DNA of 64,000 nucleotides from an uncultured Bacilli bacterium (GCA_934101115.1 CAKOPW010000003.1:10037-74036), one strand, 5' to 3'. Positions 8,776 through 18,192 are shown, counted from the stretch's first letter. Program-made: numbers and translations. The notes: a model not told the origin generated them from the sequence alone.

Positions 8776-11112
8776 CTATTTATCCTTTGGATTTGTACTC
8801 ATCAATTTATATAATTCTAAATCCTTAGGAAAATGATTTTCAAAAGGAATTAAATTACTTCCTATTTTTAATAATCCTTCTCCTGGTTCAGAATTAGTAA
8901 TATAACTTAATTGCATTTCAGATATATTAAGAAGTTTTGCTAATTCCAATCTATCAGTAGCTGCTTGATTTAACATAACAATCAATTCAGAGTTTGCTAA
9001 CATTGTTTTAGCTGTATGACTTTGTAATAAATCTTCTACATTTTGTGTTATACCAGTACAATATGCTCCATACTTTCTGACTCTTTTCCAAAGTTTAAAT
9101 AAGAAGTTTGCAGAATATTCATGTTGAAATAATAAGTATATTTCATCTATAAAAATATAAGTGTTTCTACCTTTATTTCTATTCAATGTTATTCTATTTA
9201 AAATATTATCAAGTACTACTAACATACCAAATGATCTAAGTGATTTATCTAACTCTAAAATATCATAGTTGATTATTCTACTATTAATATTTACATTTGT
9301 TTCCATTGCAAAAGTATTAAATGAACCATTAGTATATCTTTCAAGAACTGTTGCTAAATCTTTTGCTTCTTTTTCTGGTTGCTTTAATAATTCTTCTCTT
9401 AAATCAATAAGTGTTGGTGGAACTCCTTGATAGTTTCCTTGTTGATAACTTCTATATACTTTATTAGTACATCTATCAATTATAGATTCTTCTAGTGGTC
9501 CTAATTTTTTATCTTTCATCAATATCTCACATAAGGACAATATAAATTCTGATTTTAAAGTTACTGGGTTACTGCCTTCTCCATATTCAGAGTTAATATC
9601 CATGGGATTTATATGATTATTACTAGTTGCACTAATAACAACATTTTGACCATTCAAAGGTCCTATTAGTTTTGCATATTCTCTTTCAGGATCAATTATT
9701 AATATGTCTGCATTTGGATCTCTTAATGCTAGTGAAACTATTTCATTTTTAGCAGAAAATGACTTGCCAGAACCTGATACTCCAAGTATAAAACTATTAC
9801 CATTTAATAACTGTTTTCTATCAGCTACTATCATATTTTTACTTATTACGTTTAGTCCATAATAAATACCATTTGTATGATTTACTTCTTGTACTCTAAA
9901 TGGTGTAAAAACTGCAAGTGACTCAGTAGTTAGTGTTCTTAAAGCATTTATTCTCCTTATACCATAAGGAAGTGCTGTATTAAGTCCATCTAATTGTTGA
10001 TATTTTAATACTCCTAATTGACATAAATGTTGTTGACCGATTGATAAGATACTTTCTGTATCTTCATCTAGTTGTTTCTTTGTATCAGCCGTATGAACAT
10101 AAGTAATGACACATACAAACATTCTTTGATCACGTGTTGTTAAATCGTCTAACATCTCTTTAGATTCTTGTCTTTGCTGTTCCATATCATAAGGAATAAC
10201 CGCACTAAAGTTATTATTACTATTTTGTCTTCTCTGCCAATTCGTAATATTAGTTTCTACACCTAATCTTCTATTTTCTACTTCTCTAATTGCTACATCC
10301 ATAGGTATAGGCATTATATCTATGGATAATATTACACTTTTATCAATATCAGTTAATTCTGAAATCATATCATCCTTAATAAAATTAGCATATTCTTTTA
10401 AAAATATTGCTCTACCAAATTTATTTTCAAATTCAAAATAATCACTTTGAAAAGAAGCTGACGAAGGACAAATATAATCTTTGAAATTATGTCCTTTTTT
10501 CATTAATTCTTTATTATCAAAATTAAATGTTTCTGTATCATCTAATCTGTAAAAATCATGAATGAGTCTTAACCTTTCACTAGCATCCAATTCTATCAAA
10601 TGTGAACCAAGTTCTCTTAAATGATTATTAAACTCGACATCAATTCTTTTAAAATAGTTTCTTGCCTCCTCAACACTTTTCTTTTCGATTGATACAGTAA
10701 TATATTTTTCTTGAATCATCTTTTTATTATTAGTTATTTGTTCTAATAACATTTGATTATATTCATTTCTATATTTATCTAAGTTATCATTGGAACTTTT
10801 TAATAATATATTCTTTTCAAAATCAACTCTATTTAACTTTCTATTTATTATTGTTATTTTTGTAGTAGCATCACTATCTAAGGAATTTAATAGTTCTGAA
10901 TATTTTAAAAATATTGCTTCTTTATCGTTTCTACTTGCAACTGCATAGTTAATATCAGTAAACATATAAGTTTTATTATATTTATTTTTTCCTATTAAGA
11001 ATATTCCATCTTTCCATATTCTGTTAATAGGTATTATTCCTTGAACATTTTTAGGAATATCAAATTCATCTACATCTTTTTTGAATTTAAAAACTTTTTT
11101 CATTGCTTTCAT
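8776..11112 (-). CDS. virB4: VirB4-family conjugation ATPase
   Basis: 778 aa. Walker A GVSGSGKSFSAKNE and Walker B-like YIFIDEIYLLF. The size and position after a PrgI-like gene are typical. Confidence 0.85.
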   Translation of the reverse strand: MKAMKKVFKFKKDVDEFDIPKNVQGIIPINRIWKDGIFLIGKNKYNKTYMFTDINYAVASRNDKEAIFLKYSELLNSLDSDATTKITIINRKLNRVDFEKNILLKSSNDNLDKYRNEYNQMLLEQITNNKKMIQEKYITVSIEKKSVEEARNYFKRIDVEFNNHLRELGSHLIELDASERLRLIHDFYRLDDTETFNFDNKELMKKGHNFKDYICPSSASFQSDYFEFENKFGRAIFLKEYANFIKDDMISELTDIDKSVILSIDIMPIPMDVAIREVENRRLGVETNITNWQRRQNSNNNFSAVIPYDMEQQRQESKEMLDDLTTRDQRMFVCVITYVHTADTKKQLDEDTESILSIGQQHLCQLGVLKYQQLDGLNTALPYGIRRINALRTLTTESLAVFTPFRVQEVNHTNGIYYGLNVISKNMIVADRKQLLNGNSFILGVSGSGKSFSAKNEIVSLALRDPNADILIIDPEREYAKLIGPLNGQNVVISATSNNHINPMDINSEYGEGSNPVTLKSEFILSLCEILMKDKKLGPLEESIIDRCTNKVYRSYQQGNYQGVPPTLIDLREELLKQPEKEAKDLATVLERYTNGSFNTFAMETNVNINSRIINYDILELDKSLRSFGMLVVLDNILNRITLNRNKGRNTYIFIDEIYLLFQHEYSANFLFKLWKRVRKYGAYCTGITQNVEDLLQSHTAKTMLANSELIVMLNQAATDRLELAKLLNISEMQLSYITNSEPGEGLLKIGSNLIPFENHFPKDLELYKLMSTNPKDK

Positions 11113-11452
11113 TTGTTTTCTCCTTTTCCCTCGTATTTATTAATTCATAATAAAAATTAGTCGGTTCAAAGACTAATTCTCTTTTAGTTAAAAACTCAGA
11201 TTTAATATAAGTAAGTATAAATTGCTCACCAGTCATACCGTTGTATTTAACAAATCCCATTATTCCAAATGGAGTAGCACCAATTATACAAATCCATGAT
11301 GTTATTTCTGTTCCTAAAACTGGTTTGAATATAAAGAATAATATGAGTGCACTTGCACAAGCTAAAATACTAAAAATAAATTGCCTTAAAGATAATCCGA
11401 AAAATATATTTTCAGAATAGTTTCTTATTTCTTTATTAATTTTTACTTCCAT
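11087..11452 (-). CDS. PrgI/TcpE-like small conjugation membrane protein
   Basis: 121 aa; ...NIFFGLSLRQFIFSILACASALILFF... with two TM segments, directly upstream of VirB4. Confidence 0.6.
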   Translation of the reverse strand: MEVKINKEIRNYSENIFFGLSLRQFIFSILACASALILFFIFKPVLGTEITSWICIIGATPFGIMGFVKYNGMTGEQFILTYIKSEFLTKRELVFEPTNFYYELINTREKEKTNESNEKSF

Positions 11453-11949
11453 TATCTTTCTTTATCCTTTCCATTATAAAATTTCATACAATCTTCTGGT
11501 AATTTAGAAAATTCACAATATTTTTCTATTGTTTCTTTTGTTATATTATTTTGATTACAAAATTTTAAATATTTTTGAACACCCTTTTTACAATCAATAT
11601 CATTTGGATACAATTCATGAAGTGAATTCCATAATCCATGATGAGTGTTTGGTGATACATATAACAATCTATTACCTTTAATTTCTAATTCATTAAATAC
11701 ATAATAGTCAAAATTAAAATCCCATTCAGGAACATATATTTCATTTGTTATTCTATTTGAAAATACATCTACAGTGTCTTCGTATGAAGATTCATATCCA
11801 TCGGATATTAATACTTTAAATTCATTTTGCAATTTGTTGTATAAGATATATTCTATTTCCATACCATTATGGAAATTGTTATTATCTAAATCTTTTAATT
11901 TATCTAACAAATACTTCTCTGTTTTCTTATCAATAAAATTATCTATCAT
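11452..11949 (-). CDS. Hypothetical protein (ICE-1)
   Basis: 165-aa ORF, translationally coupled on both sides (overlapping start and stop codons). Confidence 0.5.
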   Translation of the reverse strand: MIDNFIDKKTEKYLLDKLKDLDNNNFHNGMEIEYILYNKLQNEFKVLISDGYESSYEDTVDVFSNRITNEIYVPEWDFNFDYYVFNELEIKGNRLLYVSPNTHHGLWNSLHELYPNDIDCKKGVQKYLKFCNQNNITKETIEKYCEFSKLPEDCMKFYNGKDKER

Positions 11950-12848
11950 CTAATATTTTTCCTTTCTTTACTTCTCATTTTATCTTCAATATATTCACAT
12001 ACCTTATTTGACTCATTTATTGCTTTAAATAATTCATTAGGTTTATCTTTTAATATTTGAATCCAACTTTGAATATATGCTTTATGATTGTTATAATCCT
12101 CAGTCTTTGGATTTATATCTAATTTTTGCATCAAAAAAGAAGAACTAATCTCAGCAATTAATTCTTCCCTTGCGTAATCTTGTTTATTATTAATATCAAA
12201 CCTATTTAGCCTAGATTCATGTCTAGTAGAATGACATAATTCATGAAGTTGGGTTGCATAATATGAATATTTATCAAAAAATTTGCTTTTTTCAGGTAAT
12301 ACTACTTGATCTTCTTTTGTATTATAAAATGCCTTATCGCCTTCTTCTTTATATTTAACTCTTAACTTATCTATAATTTTATTTATATAGCTATTTACTT
12401 GAATATTATTATTTTTTGCTTTATCTATTTCTTTAAGTCCTTCTATTAAACTACCATTAAATACAAAAGTAACATTACAAAATGTCTTATATTGTTTTTT
12501 AAGTTCAGGAGATTTGTCTATTATTTTGTTATATTCTTCAAAAGAAATTCTCTTTTTATTCTTAATGTCATAAACTGACCAAAATTCTATAGGAACACCT
12601 TTACCTTTACTATTTTTTAACTTATATCCTTTTTCTCTAATTTGAACATAAGTAAACCATCTATTATCCTCATAATGTTCTTTATATGAAACATAAGATA
12701 ATATTAACTGATTAATACCTTTATAAGAAGTATTTGTAATACCATTTTTATTTAATGAAGTGTTCCACCTTTGTCTCCATGGTATTTTATTTTCTTCTAA
12801 AGATTCTAGATACATCTTTATTAATTCATCTTTAGTTTTTGTATTCAA
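11946..12848 (-). CDS. ardC: ArdC-like antirestriction/ssDNA-binding metalloprotease
   Basis: 300 aa. The N-terminus ...IPWRQRW...YKGINQLIL...RWFTYVQIREKG... resembles ArdC_N. The C-terminus has the zincin motif HELCHS. Confidence 0.75.
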   Translation of the reverse strand: MNTKTKDELIKMYLESLEENKIPWRQRWNTSLNKNGITNTSYKGINQLILSYVSYKEHYEDNRWFTYVQIREKGYKLKNSKGKGVPIEFWSVYDIKNKKRISFEEYNKIIDKSPELKKQYKTFCNVTFVFNGSLIEGLKEIDKAKNNNIQVNSYINKIIDKLRVKYKEEGDKAFYNTKEDQVVLPEKSKFFDKYSYYATQLHELCHSTRHESRLNRFDINNKQDYAREELIAEISSSFLMQKLDINPKTEDYNNHKAYIQSWIQILKDKPNELFKAINESNKVCEYIEDKMRSKERKNIR

Positions 12849-12870
12849 TTAAATCACCTTCTTTCTGTAA

Positions 12871-12900
12871 ATAAAAAGACCAGAAATTTTATTCTGATCT
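12871..12900 (-). terminator. Rho-independent terminator closing the cargo island
   Basis: The minus-strand RNA forms AGAUCAGAA...UUCUGGUCU (9 bp, one G-U pair), followed by UUUUAUUU. It lies 12 nt after the sirtuin stop. Confidence 0.6.
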
Positions 12901-12911
12901 ACTGGATAAAT

Positions 12912-13754
12912 TTATTTCTTTAAAATGTTTGTAATAGCATTTGCACAATCATCTTTGATACATATTGCTTTATTCTTTAATTCATAAGCCATATCATTAT
13001 ATTTATCATTTATTCTTATTAAAGTAACATTATCATGTGTATATGCTAATTTTTCGAATGGAAATCTAATGATTCCAGGTGTATTAAATCCAACACCTAA
13101 CTCGATTAAAATTAATTTTTTATTTATATTATCATTAATAAACTTTTCATAATTATTACTAAGTTTATCCCAGTTATCATCTTCAACAAAGAATGCATCT
13201 TTTCTAATATTTATCTCCATTTTTTCGCCACAAACTGGGCAATATGGTATGAGATTACTATCAACGCTTAAATTGTCTTTAGACTTCAACATCTTTTTAA
13301 CTAACTCAGTATCATCATACAATTTATTATGACAACCTTTAGAACATTGCATTTTTCCATAACTACCTTGAACCTCAAATACTTTATCATGTTCAAAACC
13401 AGACTTTTCAAATTGTCCATCTACATTTGTCGTAATAACAAAATAGTTTTTATCTTTTACAATGTCTAATAATTCTTTATATGCCTTTAATGGAGGTGGA
13501 GCTATAAATGAATAGTTAATGTGTTTTGCCCAATAACTCCATCTTTCTTCCTCTGTATTAAAATTATAAAAACTAGATGTATACATATCAGTCATTCCAT
13601 AAGCATCAACTAGTTCTGGAAAATTCTTTTTAAAACTTTCTTTCGAATAATCTATGCCTGCTGATGCAGATAATCCAGCTCCAGCACCAATAACGATTGC
13701 ATCGGCATTTTTTATTAAATCTTTAATTTTTAAATAATTTTCTGTATTCATCAT
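12912..13754 (-). CDS. Class-M sirtuin-like protein (SirTM-type, predicted ADP-ribosyltransferase)
   Basis: GAGAGLSASAGIDY (NAD fold), TTNVDGQF, and a Zn ribbon CSKGCHNK...CPVCGEKM. The usual catalytic HG reads QG (FEVQGSYG). It overlaps the upstream macrodomain gene. The start is taken at M8, behind GAGAGTGA. Confidence 0.7.
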   Translation of the reverse strand: MMNTENYLKIKDLIKNADAIVIGAGAGLSASAGIDYSKESFKKNFPELVDAYGMTDMYTSSFYNFNTEEERWSYWAKHINYSFIAPPPLKAYKELLDIVKDKNYFVITTNVDGQFEKSGFEHDKVFEVQGSYGKMQCSKGCHNKLYDDTELVKKMLKSKDNLSVDSNLIPYCPVCGEKMEINIRKDAFFVEDDNWDKLSNNYEKFINDNINKKLILIELGVGFNTPGIIRFPFEKLAYTHDNVTLIRINDKYNDMAYELKNKAICIKDDCANAITNILKK

Positions 13755-14487
13755 AATCACTCTCACTAAAAACATTAAGTATAACTTTTATATTTGATTT
13801 ATACTTACTTAGCGTTTCTTTAACTGAGTTATAGGCAACTATTTTTGCTTTATTTATTGGGTAGCCAAAGAGTCCTGTTGATATGCTTGGAAATGCAATA
13901 GAAGTATAACCATTCTTAATGGCATACTCTAGAGAATTTCTGTAACAACTAGATAAATCTAATTCATTTTGTTTTGTTACTTCATTTAAGACTTGAGGCC
14001 CTACAGTTGTAATTACTTTTTTACTAGGTAAGTTATAAGCATCACAAACAATTATCTCACCAGTAGAAAGTTCTTTACCTTTTAAAATTTCATTGCATTC
14101 AAGTCTTAATCTCATTCCCGCATTAGTATGAATCACATTATCTACACAAACATGACTTGGATTAAAACAACCTAATCCCTCTTTGTTACCAGCATTAACA
14201 ATAACATCACACTTTAAAGTAGTAATATCTCCTTGCCACAAAATTATATTATCTTCGCTTTTCTTTAAAAAATTAGCATCAACTACTTTTTTATCTTTTA
14301 ATTCTAGACTTAAATATTCATCTTCTAACTTTAAAATTTCTTCATTTATTGGTTTAGGTGGTCTTATATTAACAAGTGTCTTATACAATTTTTTTAAATT
14401 TTCATAAGAATCTGGTATTTCAATATCATAATTATTTTCCTGAATTAAATATTCTATTATCTTTAATAACAATTTTTCTTTATTCAT
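13723..14487 (-). CDS. Macrodomain protein-ADP-ribose hydrolase (sirtuin-linked type)
   Basis: 254 aa. A helical N-terminal extension is followed by ILWQGDITTLKCDVIVNAGNKEGLGCFNPSHVCVDNVIHTNAGMRLR..., the macrodomain core as in the staphylococcal/streptococcal SirTM-linked macro proteins. Confidence 0.8.
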   Translation of the reverse strand: MNKEKLLLKIIEYLIQENNYDIEIPDSYENLKKLYKTLVNIRPPKPINEEILKLEDEYLSLELKDKKVVDANFLKKSEDNIILWQGDITTLKCDVIVNAGNKEGLGCFNPSHVCVDNVIHTNAGMRLRLECNEILKGKELSTGEIIVCDAYNLPSKKVITTVGPQVLNEVTKQNELDLSSCYRNSLEYAIKNGYTSIAFPSISTGLFGYPINKAKIVAYNSVKETLSKYKSNIKVILNVFSESDYDEYRKLFKN

Positions 14488-14810
14488 TTTTGATTCTTAT
14501 ATTTAATACCAAATTCTTTCATCATATCAAGAACACCTTTAAGTTCCATACCTTTTTCAGTTAGTGAATATTCTACTTTTGGTGGAACAACAGGATAAAC
14601 TTTTCTTTTAACTATCCCATCATTCTCTAAGTCTTTTAAATTTTGTGTTAAAACCTTAGCAGATATTCCAACAACAGATCTATTAAGTTCATTATATCTT
14701 TTTGTTCCAGTAATTAAATCTCTCAAAATTAAAACTTTCCATTTATTTGAAATAATAGATGCCGTATATTCAACAGGACAATTTGTATAAACTTTAGCCA
14801 TTATTATCAA
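14484..14810 (-). CDS. HxlR-family winged-helix transcriptional regulator
   Basis: 108 aa; CPVEYTASIISNKWKVLILRDL...RYNEL...ISAKVLTQNLKDLENDGIVKRKVY...PPKVEYSLTEKG. Confidence 0.85.
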   Translation of the reverse strand: MIIMAKVYTNCPVEYTASIISNKWKVLILRDLITGTKRYNELNRSVVGISAKVLTQNLKDLENDGIVKRKVYPVVPPKVEYSLTEKGMELKGVLDMMKEFGIKYKNQK

Positions 14811-14845
14811 CTCCTGTTTTCATTATACCATTATATGTTACTTTT

Positions 14846-14863
14846 AGTAAGTACGCACTTTTT
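14846..14863 (-). promoter_or_regulatory. Conserved 18-nt box upstream of the hxlR-like gene
   Basis: agtaagtacgcacttttt matches 15777-15794 (agtaagtatgcacttttt) at 17/18 positions. It lies 36 nt upstream of the hxlR-like start. Confidence 0.4.
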
Positions 14864-14903
14864 GGTAAGTATTAAAAAAAGTGAATGTTACTTCACTTTA
14901 TAA

Positions 14904-15695
14904 TTATTCTCCAAAGAAGAAACCAGCTGTCATTTCTAGATAATTAACTCCACTATAATTTGGATATTCTTCTTTAACTTTTTCTATCATTTCATCTTTG
15001 CTTTTACAAGTACTAGCAATATTTAATAAAGTTTCAATATATGATATCTTTGTATCAACTGCTTTAATATCTTCTGGAATATAATGTGATGTTAAAATTA
15101 AATTATATTTTTTTTCTATATATCCTTTTAATGTATCAATCATAGTATTTGCATGATCTACACCAGCAATAATAGAATGACAGTCACTACCTAACATATG
15201 AGTGTATATAGAATTTATTTCTGGTATTTCAATATCAAAAGCATCACTTGTTGGAATAATATTCATTTTTATATCTGCTAAAGTAATAGTTCCACCATTA
15301 ATATAATCAGTTACGTGATGTATATTATTATCAAATGACTCTCCAAATGCCTTTGTAAAATTATCAACTAATGTTTTACCTCCACCAGTATGTCCATATT
15401 CATCAGCCTTTTTAGTAGCATATTTTTTAGAATCTTTTAAGAATGTTCCTCCTCCCATATGGTATGAAAGTAATACTCCATCAAGTTCAGCTCCTAATGA
15501 TTCAATATATTTTTCTAATTCTTTATTATTATCATAAAATGCAGGAGATTCTATAACAGCAATCTTTCCATTCTTTTCAAGTAAAATAACTTGGTCATCA
15601 ATATAATCTGCTGTATTGTAATTATGAACTTTTACTTCTCCAAAATCATAAACCAAAACATATCCTTTATCTAAATTTATCTTTTTATTTTTCAT
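14904..15695 (-). CDS. Hypothetical protein, possibly a degenerate MBL-fold protein
   Basis: 263-aa ORF with its own upstream operator-like repeat. His-containing patches (SYHMGGG, YTHMLG, TSHY) are present, but there is no clean HxHxDH motif. Confidence 0.5.
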   Translation of the reverse strand: MKNKKINLDKGYVLVYDFGEVKVHNYNTADYIDDQVILLEKNGKIAVIESPAFYDNNKELEKYIESLGAELDGVLLSYHMGGGTFLKDSKKYATKKADEYGHTGGGKTLVDNFTKAFGESFDNNIHHVTDYINGGTITLADIKMNIIPTSDAFDIEIPEINSIYTHMLGSDCHSIIAGVDHANTMIDTLKGYIEKKYNLILTSHYIPEDIKAVDTKISYIETLLNIASTCKSKDEMIEKVKEEYPNYSGVNYLEMTAGFFFGE

Positions 15696-15772
15696 TTTTA
15701 TTTCCTCCTAATTTTCTGTTCAAAGAGGTGTGCACTTTTCCTTGACAATTAAATTATAGAATAATGAAAAAT

Positions 15773-15813
15773 AAAAAGTAAGTATGCACTTTTTTGTTAG
15801 ATACTTACTTTTT
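15773..15813. promoter_or_regulatory. Perfect 13-bp inverted repeat (candidate HxlR operator)
   Basis: AAAAAGTAAGTAT (15773-15785) and ATACTTACTTTTT (15801-15813) are separated by 15 bp, upstream of the 263-aa gene. Confidence 0.45.
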
Positions 15814-15883
15814 GGTATAAATTTAATTAAATTAAGACTTTGCTAAGTAATTTTTTTAATAATATAATAAATCTCATAATTTA

Positions 15884-16552
15884 TTATTTTGATGTCAAAT
15901 TATAACTACAACTTATTAACTCACATATTGTTTCGTCTGACAAAGTATCATTTAATACTATAGACAACCAATATTTCTTGTTCATATGATATGCTTCATA
16001 TATTCCTTTTATCTTTAGTAAATCATCCTTAGCATTTGGATTTATCTTTACATTTATAATTTCTATAATTGTATCATTATTAATTTTCTTTTCAACTTTA
16101 TTCATTTGAATATCCATTATTATTGAAAACCATTTATTATTTTTATTTCTATATACAGCATAGTTTGGATATTTATTCCATAAAAATTCAGGTAACGACT
16201 CAAATGAATTTTTAATATATTCATTTATTCTATTAGATTGTTTATAAATAAAGTTCTGCTTTTCACAACACTTATTTCTAATATCTAATAATATGTTTTT
16301 AAACTCTTCTTTTACTTTTTGATTAAATTCTCCAATCATGTTTGTTCTAAAATTAGTATATTCTTCATTTAAAGCTAGTTCAACAATTCTTCCCATAATA
16401 CAATTATCACAATATTCAACAATCACATCAAAAGAATTATCCATGATTTTTTGATGATATATCAACTTATTATTATCTTCTTTAAAGCCATATTTTAATA
16501 AGCTATTACTGTTTATTGTATATCTATTAAATATTTCTCTTTCTATATTCAT
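15884..16552 (-). CDS. MmcQ/YjbR-family protein with an N-terminal extension
   Basis: 222 aa. The C-terminal half ...YAVYRNKNNKWFSIIMDI...GIYEAYHMNKKYWLSIVLND...ELISCSYNLT resembles the YjbR fold family. Confidence 0.5.
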   Translation of the reverse strand: MNIEREIFNRYTINSNSLLKYGFKEDNNKLIYHQKIMDNSFDVIVEYCDNCIMGRIVELALNEEYTNFRTNMIGEFNQKVKEEFKNILLDIRNKCCEKQNFIYKQSNRINEYIKNSFESLPEFLWNKYPNYAVYRNKNNKWFSIIMDIQMNKVEKKINNDTIIEIINVKINPNAKDDLLKIKGIYEAYHMNKKYWLSIVLNDTLSDETICELISCSYNLTSK

Positions 16553-16574
16553 TAATTTTCACTTTTTCAAATTA

Positions 16575-16742
16575 TTACTTATCTTTTTTATTAAATGAAA
16601 TAAGACTTGCAATAATAGTAAATGATGTTCCAAACAAAATAATAGCAAATCTTCCTATTCCATCAATCTCTGTGATAATACCATAATCCAAAATTCCTAT
16701 TCCAAAAATCATTAAACCTATTTTTAATATATTCCTTTTCAT
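16575..16742 (-). CDS. Small membrane protein (55 aa), not in the ORF track
   Basis: Read from the sequence as MKRNILKIGLMIFGIGILDYGIITEIDGIGRFAIILFGTSFTIIASLISFNKKDK*. It has two hydrophobic segments, RBS ggaaggg, and fills the gap between two genes. Confidence 0.4.
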   Translation of the reverse strand: MKRNILKIGLMIFGIGILDYGIITEIDGIGRFAIILFGTSFTIIASLISFNKKDK

Positions 16743-16764
16743 AATTCATTACCCTTCCAAATTA

Positions 16765-17271
16765 CTATTTATATTCTACTATGTCCTCTATATTTTTTCT
16801 TTTATTATGCAAAGGATTAATCGGACAATCTACTGTTCTGTATCCTAATGGAAGTAGACAAACAGGGATTAATTCATTTGGAATATCAAATTCTTCTTTT
16901 AATATCTTTTCATCAAAAGCCTCTATCCATATATTATCTACTCCAAGATTTGTTGCTTCTAGCATCATGTGTGTAGCAACTATACAGGAATCCATTTCAT
17001 AAGTTGTAAAATTTTCTTTATGATAAGCTTCTTCTTTATTTCCACACACTATTAGAATTGTTTTTGCACCATATCTACATCTTGATGCTTTATCTATTCT
17101 TTCAATTCCATTATTACTTTGAACAACATAAATTTTAATTGGTTGATTATTTTTAGCAGTTGGTGCTAATCTTCCAGCCTCTAATATTTTATCTAATTTT
17201 TCTTTTTCCAACTCTTTATCACTAAATTTTCTTATTGCTGTTCGTTTTCTTATAATCTCTTCAAAATCCAT
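16765..17271 (-). CDS. Nitroreductase-family protein
   Basis: 168 aa; MDFEEIIRKRTAIRKFSDKEL...ILEAGRLAPTAKNNQP... is a typical nitroreductase N-terminus. Confidence 0.8.
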   Translation of the reverse strand: MDFEEIIRKRTAIRKFSDKELEKEKLDKILEAGRLAPTAKNNQPIKIYVVQSNNGIERIDKASRCRYGAKTILIVCGNKEEAYHKENFTTYEMDSCIVATHMMLEATNLGVDNIWIEAFDEKILKEEFDIPNELIPVCLLPLGYRTVDCPINPLHNKRKNIEDIVEYK

Positions 17272-17343
17272 TTTTCTTTTCTCCTTACAAATTACTACTT
17301 ATCAAGCTAATATAATATTTAACAGCTTTCATAAAATATTATA

Positions 17344-18180
17344 TCATAGTCCCATCATTTCTCTTACTATTCTATCTGATATTTTTATAGTTCCTACTAA
17401 AACTAACATATTAAATATTAATTCTCCAATGTACTTCCAGACCTGCGTTACTGCTGCAGCACTTGAATCTACTACTGGTGGTGATGATGCAAATAAACTA
17501 AATATAATGCAAGATAATACAATAATCGCTCCTTCCAAACAAACTGCTGTGTAACTTTTCAAAAAAGATTTTCCAATATTACTGGTTGGTTCACCTGCAA
17601 AACTTGATAAAGGGATCGGGGCTAAAGCTGTATATAAATATAATTTAAAGAACCTACCATATACTGTCATTATCATAATAAATGATAAAACAGTTACAAC
17701 TAGTCCTCCAATTAATGTAACTGCCCATAATGGAATAGATTCAAAGAAACCACAAGACTCTATTGCTGTAATTATAGAATTAGGTAAGGTACTTTTTGAA
17801 CTAAAAGTAATATTGGCTGTAGATATTATTTTTGATGTTATACCTTGAGTTATTTTAAATACATCTAGCATTAATGTCATTCCATAGGTAACAACTATCT
17901 TTGCCAAAACAAATCTAATAAATAATTTAAATACCTGTTCTGGTCTTTTAACTTCATCAAAAGAACCACATGTTTTGATCATTCCTACAAGAAAAAATAG
18001 AACTAGTAATCCTAGTCCTATTCCTTGCATAGAATTATAAATACCTTTAATTACATTCCATATTGCACCTCCTTTAAAGGTCTCTGGTGTAGTTGTAACT
18101 AAACTCCAAATTTCTGCTAATTTTGAGTTCCATGTATCAAGTGCATTTTGTAAGTTTTGAACAACCCAATTATCACTCAT
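17344..18180 (-). CDS. TrbL/VirB6-like polytopic conjugation membrane protein
   Basis: 278 aa with at least 5 TM segments, positioned between Maff2-like/T4CP and the cargo island. Confidence 0.55.
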   Translation of the reverse strand: MSDNWVVQNLQNALDTWNSKLAEIWSLVTTTPETFKGGAIWNVIKGIYNSMQGIGLGLLVLFFLVGMIKTCGSFDEVKRPEQVFKLFIRFVLAKIVVTYGMTLMLDVFKITQGITSKIISTANITFSSKSTLPNSIITAIESCGFFESIPLWAVTLIGGLVVTVLSFIMIMTVYGRFFKLYLYTALAPIPLSSFAGEPTSNIGKSFLKSYTAVCLEGAIIVLSCIIFSLFASSPPVVDSSAAAVTQVWKYIGELIFNMLVLVGTIKISDRIVREMMGL

Positions 18181-18192
18181 TTATAACAACTC

